Sequence record: SRR20825019_200
Direction: 5' to 3' (one strand)
DNA length: 64,000 nt
Below, one piece after another: positions 20,575 through 29,718 of the stretch. A program made the translations under genes and the position numbers. Below the pieces are notes generated by a model. That model was not told where the DNA came from. It worked only from the letters and a program-made list of their open reading frames with translations, and did not search any database. Numbering within the stretch: the first letter of the stretch is position 1; each line of letters starts with the position of its first letter.

Positions 20575-22223
20575 GCATGAACCCTTTCCATCAGTTTGAG
20601 CCGCTGACGAATGCGCCGTCGATGATGACCGGTGATATTTGTATCATGGCAAATCGCAGCGCCTCGCCCGGCCTCTATGTCGTGGCTGCTATGCAGGATC
20701 AGGAACTTGAATGTTACGAAGTTCAGCCTGCGCCAGCTATTGCGTCAGGCCATGATCAGCTTTACCTGCCCTTGCCGTTATTTGATGATGGCGGTATTCG
20801 GGTCGATCTGCGCAAGCCGGTTTATGCCCGCGCTGCCGAACTCAGGCAGACCGAAGCCCGTCTTGACCCTGTTATGCAGGAGCAGCTACTGCGTGCGTTG
20901 GTTCAGCGACAGGTATCCCGTTACAGTGCGTTTAAATATCAGCCGCAGTCATTTGCTGCGGGTGAGTCGGCGGTGCCGGTGTCGGGTAAAGTGCTGGGCG
21001 CTGAGGAGTTGCATCACCTGGTCGATGCCTCGCTGGATGGCTGGTTGACCACCGGCCGTTTTAACAAACAATTCGAACAACTGCTGGCAGAATTTATCGG
21101 TGTTCGGCATGTGCTTACGGTTAACTCCGGCTCTTCAGCTAATTTGCTGGCCTTATCCGCCTTGACCTCACCAAAACTGGGAGACAGAGCACTGAAGCCC
21201 GGTGATGAAGTGATCACTGTCGCTGCGGGTTTCCCGACCACGGTTAACCCGATTATTCAAAATGGTCTGGTGCCGGTTTTTGTTGATATTACTTTGCCGT
21301 CCTACAATATTGATGTCAGTCAGCTGCAAGCGGCGCTGTCCGATAAAACCCGGGCCATCATGATGGCTCACACTCTGGGTAATACGTTTAATCTGGAGGC
21401 GGTCGTGTCGTTTGCCCGTCAACATGACTTATGGCTGGTGGAAGACTGCTGTGATGCCTTAGGCACAAGCTATACACCCGCTACAACCCTGACCGATGCC
21501 CGTGGTAAAGACATTGAAGCGAACGTGCCGAGACATGTTGGTAAGTTCGGCGATATTGCGACGCTAAGCTTTTATCCGGCCCATCACATTACGATGGGGG
21601 AAGGTGGGGCAGTTTATACCGACAATGGCCAACTCAAACTGATCCTGGAATCTTTCCGGGATTGGGGACGGGACTGTTTCTGCGAGCCGGGGCAGGATAA
21701 TACCTGCAAGAAGCGTTTCGGTTACCAGCTGGGACAGCTGCCTTGTGGTTATGATCATAAATATACCTACTCGCACCTGGGTTACAATTTGAAGATATCG
21801 GATATGCAGGCGGCTGTGGCGGTCGCACAGATGCAACGACTGCCGGACTTTATTGAACGTCGCAAAGCCAATTTCCAACGTTTGCATGCGGGGCTGAGTC
21901 ATCTGCGGACGTTTTTGCTGTTAGCTGAGGCTGAGCCGAATGCCGACCCTTCCTGGTTTGGTTTTGCCATCACGCTGAAACAGGGCAAGCGCGCCGAGTT
22001 TATTCAGTATCTGGAACAGCATAAGATTGCCAATCGTCTGGTTTTCGGCGGTAACCTGACCAAGCAGCCTTATTTTGACAATCTTGATTATCGGGTCGTG
22101 GGTGATCTTGCTGTGACAGACAAGGTGATGCACGATTCACTCTGGATCGGGGTGTTTCCGGGGCTGACCGACACCATGATTGACTACATGATTGATACTA
22201 TCAGCGATTATTTCAACAAGTGA
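20571..22223 (+). CDS. rfbH: CDP-4-keto-6-deoxyglucose 3-dehydrase (E1, DdhC/RfbH) with a ~100-aa N-terminal extension
   Basis: [31 protein letters not shown] (His in place of the PLP Lys), [24 protein letters not shown]. Confidence 0.93.
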   Translation: MSMNPFHQFEPLTNAPSMMTGDICIMANRSASPGLYVVAAMQDQELECYEVQPAPAIASGHDQLYLPLPLFDDGGIRVDLRKPVYARAAELRQTEARLDPVMQEQLLRALVQRQVSRYSAFKYQPQSFAAGESAVPVSGKVLGAEELHHLVDASLDGWLTTGRFNKQFEQLLAEFIGVRHVLTVNSGSSANLLALSALTSPKLGDRALKPGDEVITVAAGFPTTVNPIIQNGLVPVFVDITLPSYNIDVSQLQAALSDKTRAIMMAHTLGNTFNLEAVVSFARQHDLWLVEDCCDALGTSYTPATTLTDARGKDIEANVPRHVGKFGDIATLSFYPAHHITMGEGGAVYTDNGQLKLILESFRDWGRDCFCEPGQDNTCKKRFGYQLGQLPCGYDHKYTYSHLGYNLKISDMQAAVAVAQMQRLPDFIERRKANFQRLHAGLSHLRTFLLLAEAEPNADPSWFGFAITLKQGKRAEFIQYLEQHKIANRLVFGGNLTKQPYFDNLDYRVVGDLAVTDKVMHDSLWIGVFPGLTDTMIDYMIDTISDYFNK

Positions 22224-22225
22224 CT

Positions 22226-23743
22226 ATGACCCAACAAAACGCAATCTATCAAAAGCTGTTCGTGCTGGAGATGGCGAATAACCATCAGGGCTCGGTTGAA
22301 CACGGCAAGCGTGTTATTCAGGAGATGAAAGCGGTCTGTGATGACTTTCCCTTCCGCTTTGCCTTCAAGCTGCAGTATCGCAATCTCAAGACTTTTATCC
22401 ACCCCGATTTTCGCGATCGGGAGGACATTAAATACGTCAAACGCTTCCGTGATACCGAGCTGGATGAATCGCAGTTACTGGAATTAAAGCAGGCGATTGA
22501 TGAAGCCGGTTTTGTCAGTATGTGCACGCCTTTTGATGAGGATTCAGTCGACTGGATCGAGCAGCACAATTTCGATTTGCTGAAAATTGCCTCCTGCTCC
22601 CTGACCGACTGGCCTTTGCTGGAACGCATTGCTTTGTCTCCGCTGCCATTGGTAGCGTCGACAGCCGGCGCCACCCTGGAAGAGATTCAGAATGTGGTGC
22701 AATTCTTTTTGCACCGGGGAAAGAATCTGGCGGTGATGCACTGTGTCGGTGAATATCCGACGCCGCGGGCGCATCTGCAACTGGGCCAGATTAAATTGCT
22801 GAAACAGCGCTTCCCCGAATTGCCGGTGGGCTATTCAACCCATGAAGACCCGAATGAAACCGAAGCGGTAAAAATGGCCATCGCTGCCGGTGCCGAGCTG
22901 TTTGAAAAGCATGTTGGTGTCGGTGAGCTCAATGCCTATTCTGCCAACCCGGATCAGGTGAGACAGTGGCTGCTCTCGGCGCAGGCAGGTTTTGCGATGA
23001 TGGGGCTCGACAATGAGCGGGTGCCGGTCACGGAAACTGAACTGGCTACTCTGAACTCTCTGCGTCGTGCGGTGTTTGCCAAAACAGACCTCGCAGCCGG
23101 TCAGCCGCTGCAGGCGGAAGATTTTTATCTCGCCATTCCCAGTGAACCGGGTCAATTGCTGGCCAATGATTTATCCAAGTACCAGCAATTCGAACTGAGC
23201 AAAGCGGTGGAAGCGAACCAACCCATTCGTTTTGAGCATTTGTCGGTAACCAATATCCGTCCCAAAGTGTTTGATGCCCTGGCGAAGGTCTGCACGTTAT
23301 TGAGAGAGGCGAATATCACGGTCGCAGATGGGGTCAATTGCCAGCTGTCTCATCATTACGGCATTGAAGCTTTTGAAAACACCGGTGCCACGATCATTGA
23401 TGTGGTCAATCGCGAATACTGCAAAAAAATTCTGGTCCTGTTGCCCGGCCAGCAGCACCCCGTGCATGCCCACCAGAAAAAGGAAGAGACCTTTAATGTG
23501 CTTTCCGGGGAGATGCAACTGCAACTGGGAGCGGAAAGCAAAACCATCAAAGCCGGTGAAATGGTCACAGTGGAGCGGGGTATGCGGCATGCATTCAGCA
23601 GTGAGACCGGCGTGATTTTCGAAGAACTGTCCACCACTCACTACAATGATGATTCCTATTATGAGGATGTGGCCATCAACCGTAACAGCCGTCGTAAAAC
23701 CAACCTGATTTTTCGTTCTGACTGGCTGACGGCGGAGTGGTAA
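22226..23743 (+). CDS. NeuB-family PEP-dependent synthase + SAF domain + D-lyxose-isomerase-like cupin fusion
   Basis: EMANNHQG, CTPFDEDSVD, KIASC, MHCVGEYP, GYSTHE, EKH (NeuB); RRAVFAKTDL..G (SAF); NREYCKKILVLLPGQQHPVHAH.KKEETF (lyxose-isomerase-type cupin). Confidence 0.85.
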   Translation: MTQQNAIYQKLFVLEMANNHQGSVEHGKRVIQEMKAVCDDFPFRFAFKLQYRNLKTFIHPDFRDREDIKYVKRFRDTELDESQLLELKQAIDEAGFVSMCTPFDEDSVDWIEQHNFDLLKIASCSLTDWPLLERIALSPLPLVASTAGATLEEIQNVVQFFLHRGKNLAVMHCVGEYPTPRAHLQLGQIKLLKQRFPELPVGYSTHEDPNETEAVKMAIAAGAELFEKHVGVGELNAYSANPDQVRQWLLSAQAGFAMMGLDNERVPVTETELATLNSLRRAVFAKTDLAAGQPLQAEDFYLAIPSEPGQLLANDLSKYQQFELSKAVEANQPIRFEHLSVTNIRPKVFDALAKVCTLLREANITVADGVNCQLSHHYGIEAFENTGATIIDVVNREYCKKILVLLPGQQHPVHAHQKKEETFNVLSGEMQLQLGAESKTIKAGEMVTVERGMRHAFSSETGVIFEELSTTHYNDDSYYEDVAINRNSRRKTNLIFRSDWLTAEW

Positions 23744-25566
23744 TGGCCAAACAACGTGTAGCAGACTATATTTTTTCGCGGGTTGCAGATTTAGGTGTCA
23801 AGGATGTTTTCCTGTTGCCCGGTGGCGGTGCCATGCATCTGGTCGATGCCCTGGGGCAGAATCCGGATCTGAATTTTATTCCCACCCATCATGAACAGGC
23901 GGCCAGTATTGCGGCGGAGGCTTATTCACGGGTTAATGAATTGCTCGGTGTGGCGTTGGTCACTACCGGTCCCGGTGCCACTAATGCAATTACTGCTGTG
24001 GCCGGGGCCTGGATAGAGTCGGTACCCTTGCTGATTATTTCCGGTCAGGTTAAACGCGCCGATATGAAAGCAGACAGCGGCGTCAGACAGATGGGGCCGC
24101 AGGAAGTGGATATCGTGTCAGTGGTGAAATCGATTACCAAGTATGCGGTAACGGTGGCGGAGCCCGACAACATTGGCCGGTGCCTCGATGAGGCCATTCA
24201 TGAGGCGACTACCGGACGCAAGGGTCCGGTCTGGCTGGATATCCCGCTCGACGTGCAGGGGAGTCAGATTGATCCAGAGCGACTTGAACGTCTGTCAGTC
24301 GCAACTCCACCAGAAGCAGCAACATCACTGGATCTGGATGAGATTGTTAACTTGATTCAACAGGCCAGACGACCATTGATTCTTGCCGGTCACGGGATTC
24401 GTTTATCAGGTGCTGCCAAAGCTTTTCAGGATCTGTATCAGGGATTAAATATACCGGTGCTAACCACCTGGAATTCACTGGACCTGATTCCCTATGCACA
24501 TCGTCTGTGTGCCGGCAGGCCTGGTTCGGTGGCGCTGCGGCCGGCCAATTTTGCCGCCCAGAACTGCGACTTGCTGATCAGTATCGGTGCCCGTCTGGAT
24601 AATGTGGTGACAGCCCACAACCCGGCCAATTTTGCAGGCCACGCTGAAAGGGTCATTGTCGATATTGATCCGGCTGAACTGAAAAAACATCAGTTGAATA
24701 ACGCGCGTCTGATTGAGGCCGATGCCGGCGAGTTTATTAATCAACTTGCCACTGCCGCGAGCCACGTACGTTCTGATTGTGAAGCCTGGCTGGATACCAT
24801 TGATAACTGGAAACAGCGCTATCCACGCTGTGATGGAGAAGTCTTTCCTACCGAAGGGGCAATCAGTCACTACCATTTTGTGGACCGCCTGTCGGCGCTG
24901 GCACCGGAAAATGAGCTTATCATCACTGGCAGTTCCGGGCTGTCAGTTGAGGTGTTTTATTCCAGCTTCATTAACAAACCCGGCCAGCGTGTATTCCTGA
25001 CTTCCGGGTTGGGGGCAATGGGCTATGGTCTGCCTGCGACTATCGGTGGCTGTCTGGGGGCAGGACGAAAACCCGTCTTGTCGGTGGAAGGCGATGGCAG
25101 TCTGCAACTGAACCTGCAGGAATTAAGCACGCTTAAGGCAATGAATCTGCCGATTCGCATGTTTGTAATGAATAACAATGGCTATGCCTCGATTCGCAAC
25201 ACCCAGCGCAATTATTTTGATGGACGTTATGTTGCTACCGGTAATGAAGCCGGTCTGATCATCCCGGATGTTGTCAAAGTGGCGCAGGCCATGGGGATTG
25301 AAGCCATTCGGATTAATGACGCCGCTGAGCTTGATGACAAAATTGCCTACGTCATTCAGCACCCCGGGCCCATCATTTGTGATGTCAGCATCATCAAGGA
25401 TGAAGCCTTATGGCCCAAAGTCTCGGCAATACCGCAGCCGGATGGTTCGATGATATCGATGCCGCTGGAAGATATGTCGCCGTTATTGTCACTGAACACA
25501 CTGGAACAGGAAATGCAGGTGCCGTTGTCAGAAGCTTCCAGGCAGGTGGATAGAGGGAATGATTGA
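23743..25566 (+). CDS. ThDP-dependent acetolactate-synthase-like carboligase (YerE-like)
   Basis: GGGAMHL, HHEQAASIAAE, TTGPGATN, GAMGYGLP, GDGS...NNNGY ThDP motif; embedded in a CDP-sugar cluster with no ilvH/ilvN subunit. Confidence 0.85.
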   Translation: MAKQRVADYIFSRVADLGVKDVFLLPGGGAMHLVDALGQNPDLNFIPTHHEQAASIAAEAYSRVNELLGVALVTTGPGATNAITAVAGAWIESVPLLIISGQVKRADMKADSGVRQMGPQEVDIVSVVKSITKYAVTVAEPDNIGRCLDEAIHEATTGRKGPVWLDIPLDVQGSQIDPERLERLSVATPPEAATSLDLDEIVNLIQQARRPLILAGHGIRLSGAAKAFQDLYQGLNIPVLTTWNSLDLIPYAHRLCAGRPGSVALRPANFAAQNCDLLISIGARLDNVVTAHNPANFAGHAERVIVDIDPAELKKHQLNNARLIEADAGEFINQLATAASHVRSDCEAWLDTIDNWKQRYPRCDGEVFPTEGAISHYHFVDRLSALAPENELIITGSSGLSVEVFYSSFINKPGQRVFLTSGLGAMGYGLPATIGGCLGAGRKPVLSVEGDGSLQLNLQELSTLKAMNLPIRMFVMNNNGYASIRNTQRNYFDGRYVATGNEAGLIIPDVVKVAQAMGIEAIRINDAAELDDKIAYVIQHPGPIICDVSIIKDEALWPKVSAIPQPDGSMISMPLEDMSPLLSLNTLEQEMQVPLSEASRQVDRGND

Positions 25567-26605
25567 AGATAGGGCCGATGAGACGCGGCCACTTGCTAGC
25601 TGTCCCTGCTGTGAGCAAGCAGCTTCAAGCTTGAGTGATGTCTTTCTTCGCTGCGCCGGATGTCAGCACACCTGGCGACGCGAACCCACTGAACATGCTG
25701 TCAATTATGCGCAGTTATCACGCCGTAATCAGGAACAATCGCCAAGTTACCGACGTAAGCTCAGTGACCGGCTACAGACATTGAGCAGTCTGCTGTTCGC
25801 TGATTGCAATGTGCTGGAAGTCGGTTGTGCCGAAGGTGGACTCGGTGCCAGGATAAAGCAGCAATATGCGCTTCAGTATGAGGGGGTGGAACCCTCCCGG
25901 GATGTTGAGACGGCTCAGCAACGACTCGATAAGGTCTATCGTGACGTTAGCGATATCGATGAGGCGAAGCAATACGATCTGGTCATGGCTTTTCATGTGC
26001 TTGAGCACATTGAGAATATCTCATCAGCATTGCAAGCCTGGAAAGCCCTGCTGAAACCGGGAGGCCATCTGCTGGTAGAGGTACCTAATCGCTCCGGTCA
26101 TCCCTTATTAGCCATCGATCAGCATCCAGAGCACCTGCATCAATTTACTGTGGCGTCGCTTGTGACCTTGATGACAAGACTGGATATGGCGGTGATAGCG
26201 GTTTCAACCGGACACTTTGAATCCTCGCTTTACCGCGATAGCATTCGTTTGCTCGCCAGCCCGCGGCTTGCTGACCAGCAGAGACAGGCAAGACTGCAGC
26301 AGATTTGTCGACAGCTGTTTCCACAGCCGGTATTGATTTACGGCATCGGCGGTGATTTTGTTAACTGTGTTGAGCCGCTGCTGGACTCAATTCCTGTAGC
26401 AGGGCTTCGCGATGGTGCTGTTCAGCGTCAGGGTAGTGTTATTGATGGTCATACCATTGTGCGCTTCGACCCGGATAAAGATAAGTTTTATCCGGTATTG
26501 ATTGCCTCACTGCATTTTGAAGAGGAAATTCGGCAAGATTTATTGTCGATGGGCGTCGACAGAGAACGCATTGTGACTTTGAGTGACCTTTATGGAGACG
26601 ACTAG
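25559..26605 (+). CDS. Class I SAM methyltransferase with N-terminal Cys motifs
   Basis: CPCC..CAGC, VLEVGCAEG, FHVLEH, EVPN. Confidence 0.85.
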   Translation: MIEDRADETRPLASCPCCEQAASSLSDVFLRCAGCQHTWRREPTEHAVNYAQLSRRNQEQSPSYRRKLSDRLQTLSSLLFADCNVLEVGCAEGGLGARIKQQYALQYEGVEPSRDVETAQQRLDKVYRDVSDIDEAKQYDLVMAFHVLEHIENISSALQAWKALLKPGGHLLVEVPNRSGHPLLAIDQHPEHLHQFTVASLVTLMTRLDMAVIAVSTGHFESSLYRDSIRLLASPRLADQQRQARLQQICRQLFPQPVLIYGIGGDFVNCVEPLLDSIPVAGLRDGAVQRQGSVIDGHTIVRFDPDKDKFYPVLIASLHFEEEIRQDLLSMGVDRERIVTLSDLYGDD

Positions 26606-27638
26606 ACATCCGCTGATCGAAGAGGATCTGACCAGCATCGCGCGTCAGTCTCTGCCCTGGACACAACTTAAGGATCAGCATCTGCTGATTACCGGCGCCA
26701 CGGGATTTATTGGCGGCTATATACTGGAATTACTCAGTTTTCTGAATGAGCATGACCCTGACAACAACATTCATATTACTGCTCTGGTTCGAGACCAGAA
26801 ACGGTTTTGTCAGCGTTTTCCTCATCTTAGCGACAGAGCGGATATCGAGTTGCTGGTAGGTGACCTGACAGAAGTTAAGCCTTTAACCTCAAAAAAATCA
26901 GTGGACTACATTATTCACTGCGCCAGCGAAGCCAGCCCCCGTAATTATCTGCAACACCCAGCTGACACTATCAGCGTCAACACGCTGGGCACGCTGTTGT
27001 TACTGGAAGTCGCCCGTGCCAATCAGGCTCGATTTTTATATCTCAGTAGTGGTGCGATTTACGGTCAGAGCGAGCAGGAAATTTTGTCCGAGCAGGATTA
27101 CGGCATCGTTGACCCGCTGGATGAACGGGCTTGTTACAGCGAAGGCAAAAGAGCCGGTGAAGCAATAAGCATGGCTTATCATCGTCAGTTTGGCCTGGAT
27201 ATCCGCATTGCCCGGGTTTCTCATACCTACGGTCCCGGTCTGGAACTTGATGACGGCAGGGTATTTACCGATTTTATGGCAGATGCGCTGGCAGGTCGCA
27301 ATATCAGTGTAAAAGGCTGTCCGGATGATGCTAGGCCCTTCTGCTATATCAGCGATATGGTTGAGGGTTTACTGCTTATTCTGTTGAGTGGTGAGTCAGG
27401 GCAGGCCTATAACGTCGGTGCTGACAGCCAGGTAACGATTGCCGAACTGGCACAATTATTGTGTGAGATTAGCCGGCATCCGATCGGCGTACGACTGCCG
27501 GAAAAGGCTCTGGCTAATCCGGCATTACGCAGCTCAGGGTATTTCAATATTGAGAAAATGAGAGGTCTGGGCTGGGCATGTCGCATCCCGCCCGAGACCG
27601 GGTTTGAAAGAATGTATCGGTTTTATTCAACGTTATGA
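26592..27638 (+). CDS. NAD(P)-dependent epimerase/dehydratase/reductase (extended SDR)
   Basis: ITGATGFIG, YLSS, YSEGK, RPFCYISD. Confidence 0.9.
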   Translation: METTRHPLIEEDLTSIARQSLPWTQLKDQHLLITGATGFIGGYILELLSFLNEHDPDNNIHITALVRDQKRFCQRFPHLSDRADIELLVGDLTEVKPLTSKKSVDYIIHCASEASPRNYLQHPADTISVNTLGTLLLLEVARANQARFLYLSSGAIYGQSEQEILSEQDYGIVDPLDERACYSEGKRAGEAISMAYHRQFGLDIRIARVSHTYGPGLELDDGRVFTDFMADALAGRNISVKGCPDDARPFCYISDMVEGLLLILLSGESGQAYNVGADSQVTIAELAQLLCEISRHPIGVRLPEKALANPALRSSGYFNIEKMRGLGWACRIPPETGFERMYRFYSTL

Positions 27639-28543
27639 CAAAAAGGGCTATGGTGGACACCGCATTTTTTCTGCATCTGCCCAAAACAGGTGGCAGTTCT
27701 ATCCGTACCTTAATCAATGCTAACTATGCCAGCGATGAGTTACTGAACCTGTATGGCTCTCAGCCGGAAATTTTCAACAACTGCATGGCAACATCATGGG
27801 AGCAACGTCAACAGCTCAAGCTGGTACAGGGTCATATGCCCTATGGTGTGCACGATTATCTGGGCCTGCCTGACCAGCGCTATTTCTTTTTTTTGCGAGA
27901 GCCGGTATCACGGACTTTGTCTGATATTGAGCATAGTAAAAGACATCCATCACATGGCTTTCATCACATTCTGTCTGTCCCGGAGCTGGACTTGGCGGGG
28001 AGAATAGAGAAAGCAAAAAGCTTGTGTTATTACCGTAATAATATGACGCATTTTCTCAGTGGCACGTTTTTCACCCGCGATGTCACGCTGACCGATTTCC
28101 ACCTGGCATTGAAACGGGTACGCAACAGTGAGTTTGTCGGTATTACCGAGCAAAGTGAGTTGTCTTTGTTATTAATGGCCCGTCGCTTGGGCTGGAAGCA
28201 GGTGATTCCGGTCAAATGCAATGTGTCACCGGCACAGACATCGAGTCTGGTTGAGGATAACTACGCCCGCTGTCAATCGATGGTGGATTATGACATTCAG
28301 CTTTATCAGGCTGCACAGGAACGCTTTGAACAGGAAGTGGCAGCGCAGGGGCCGTTATTAACGGAGGCGGCACAGCAGATGGGTGAGTTGCTGCAGCAGC
28401 AGGAAACCGACTACCCGGAGATAAAGTATTCGACCTATCTGGTGGGGCACCCGCTGGCAATCGAATTGGATCAATATCATCAGCAAATAGCGAGTCACGA
28501 CCCGCTGGGTCGCTGGTTGCAGATAGAGAAGGTAAAGGGATGA
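27635..28543 (+). CDS. Sulfotransferase
   Basis: FLHLPKTGGSS (5'-PSB loop), GHMPYGVH, LREPVSR.LS (3'-PB), FVGITE. Confidence 0.85.
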   Translation: MTKRAMVDTAFFLHLPKTGGSSIRTLINANYASDELLNLYGSQPEIFNNCMATSWEQRQQLKLVQGHMPYGVHDYLGLPDQRYFFFLREPVSRTLSDIEHSKRHPSHGFHHILSVPELDLAGRIEKAKSLCYYRNNMTHFLSGTFFTRDVTLTDFHLALKRVRNSEFVGITEQSELSLLLMARRLGWKQVIPVKCNVSPAQTSSLVEDNYARCQSMVDYDIQLYQAAQERFEQEVAAQGPLLTEAAQQMGELLQQQETDYPEIKYSTYLVGHPLAIELDQYHQQIASHDPLGRWLQIEKVKG

Positions 28544-29718
28544 GTTCTCGTAGCTGCGTTGTCTGCCACACTGATGACAAGTTGCATTTACACCGGCAGT
28601 TTTTTGTCTCTCCCGATATCGCCTCGCCACTCCATTATGATGTAGTGGAATGCCGGCAATGCGGATTTATCTTTGCCGATTCACTGCCCGCGGAAGAAGC
28701 CCTGAATGCCTATTATGCGGCCTCCGGCCATCATCTGCATGTTGAGTTACCGGACGGTATCAGAGACATTCATGCTGGCATGTACCAGTTTATTCGACAA
28801 CATGTTCCACTCAGTGACGACCATCGAATACTCGATATCGGCAGTTCGATGGGACATTTTCTGAATTACTTCAAGCAGGCTGGCATGACTCACCTGACAG
28901 GGATTGAGCCAAGTCTGGAAGCGGCCAGTCTGGCCCGTCAGCATTATGGAATCGAAGTGCACACCACCCCTTTTGCTGATTATCAGGCTGAAACGGAGTT
29001 TGATCTAATTAGTTTATGTGGTGTGTTGGAACATCTGATAGCACCGGATCAGGTACTGGCCAAAATTTGTGACATGTTGTCTGACGATGGCAGGGTATTT
29101 ATCGCTGTACCTGATGCAGACAGGTTTGGCAGCATTGTTTCAGATGAGCCTTTTCTTGAGTTTGCGCTTGAGCATATCAACTTTTTTGGTCGTCAGAGCC
29201 TGACCCGGCTTTTTCATGAAAACGGTTTTGAAGTTTTAAGTTGTGATAGCGTTTACAACGACTTTTATAACAATAATTACCTGTATCTGATTGCCAGCAA
29301 AGCAGAGGATGAAAGCACTGCGATTTTTCCGGCCGGGACCAGTTCGACTCACGCCAGCGTGAACCAGTATATCGCTCAGTCAAAATCACTGCTGGCAGAC
29401 ATTGACCAGTTGTTTGAAGCTTTGCGTGCCCGTCAGCAACAGTTGATCGTCTGGGGCGCCGGTTCGCTGACCCGTCGACTGTGTGCCACCACAGGACTGA
29501 GCGGCGTGGAATTACTCGGTTTCATCGATAAAAATGTTGACTTACAAGGCAAGCAATTACTCGGTAAAACCATTCATGCACCGGCATGGCTGGCGGATCA
29601 AACCGACCAGACAATATTTATCGCCAGCACCACCTATGCGGATGAAATCCGTGACGAACTGCTTAACCAGCATCATTGGCAGGGTGATATTCTCACGCTG
29701 AAAAACTACACATCATGA
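28540..29718 (+). CDS. Class I SAM methyltransferase with N-terminal Cys motifs
   Basis: CVVC..CRQCGFIF, ILDIGSSMG, VLEHL, EHINFF. Confidence 0.85.
   Translation: MSSRSCVVCHTDDKLHLHRQFFVSPDIASPLHYDVVECRQCGFIFADSLPAEEALNAYYAASGHHLHVELPDGIRDIHAGMYQFIRQHVPLSDDHRILDIGSSMGHFLNYFKQAGMTHLTGIEPSLEAASLARQHYGIEVHTTPFADYQAETEFDLISLCGVLEHLIAPDQVLAKICDMLSDDGRVFIAVPDADRFGSIVSDEPFLEFALEHINFFGRQSLTRLFHENGFEVLSCDSVYNDFYNNNYLYLIASKAEDESTAIFPAGTSSTHASVNQYIAQSKSLLADIDQLFEALRARQQQLIVWGAGSLTRRLCATTGLSGVELLGFIDKNVDLQGKQLLGKTIHAPAWLADQTDQTIFIASTTYADEIRDELLNQHHWQGDILTLKNYTS

Noticed and set aside
22226-23743. Calling this gene pseI/legI/neuB for a Pse/Leg flagellin glycan
   Set aside because: No CMP-sugar synthetase, precursor enzymes or Maf in the window, and the gene is fused to an isomerase-like cupin and coupled to CDP-sugar and ThDP genes. 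Unlinked partners elsewhere in the genome cannot be excluded.
23743-25566. Acetolactate synthase (ilvB/ilvI) of amino-acid synthesis
   Set aside because: No regulatory subunit or ilvC nearby; the context is nucleotide-sugar biosynthesis.
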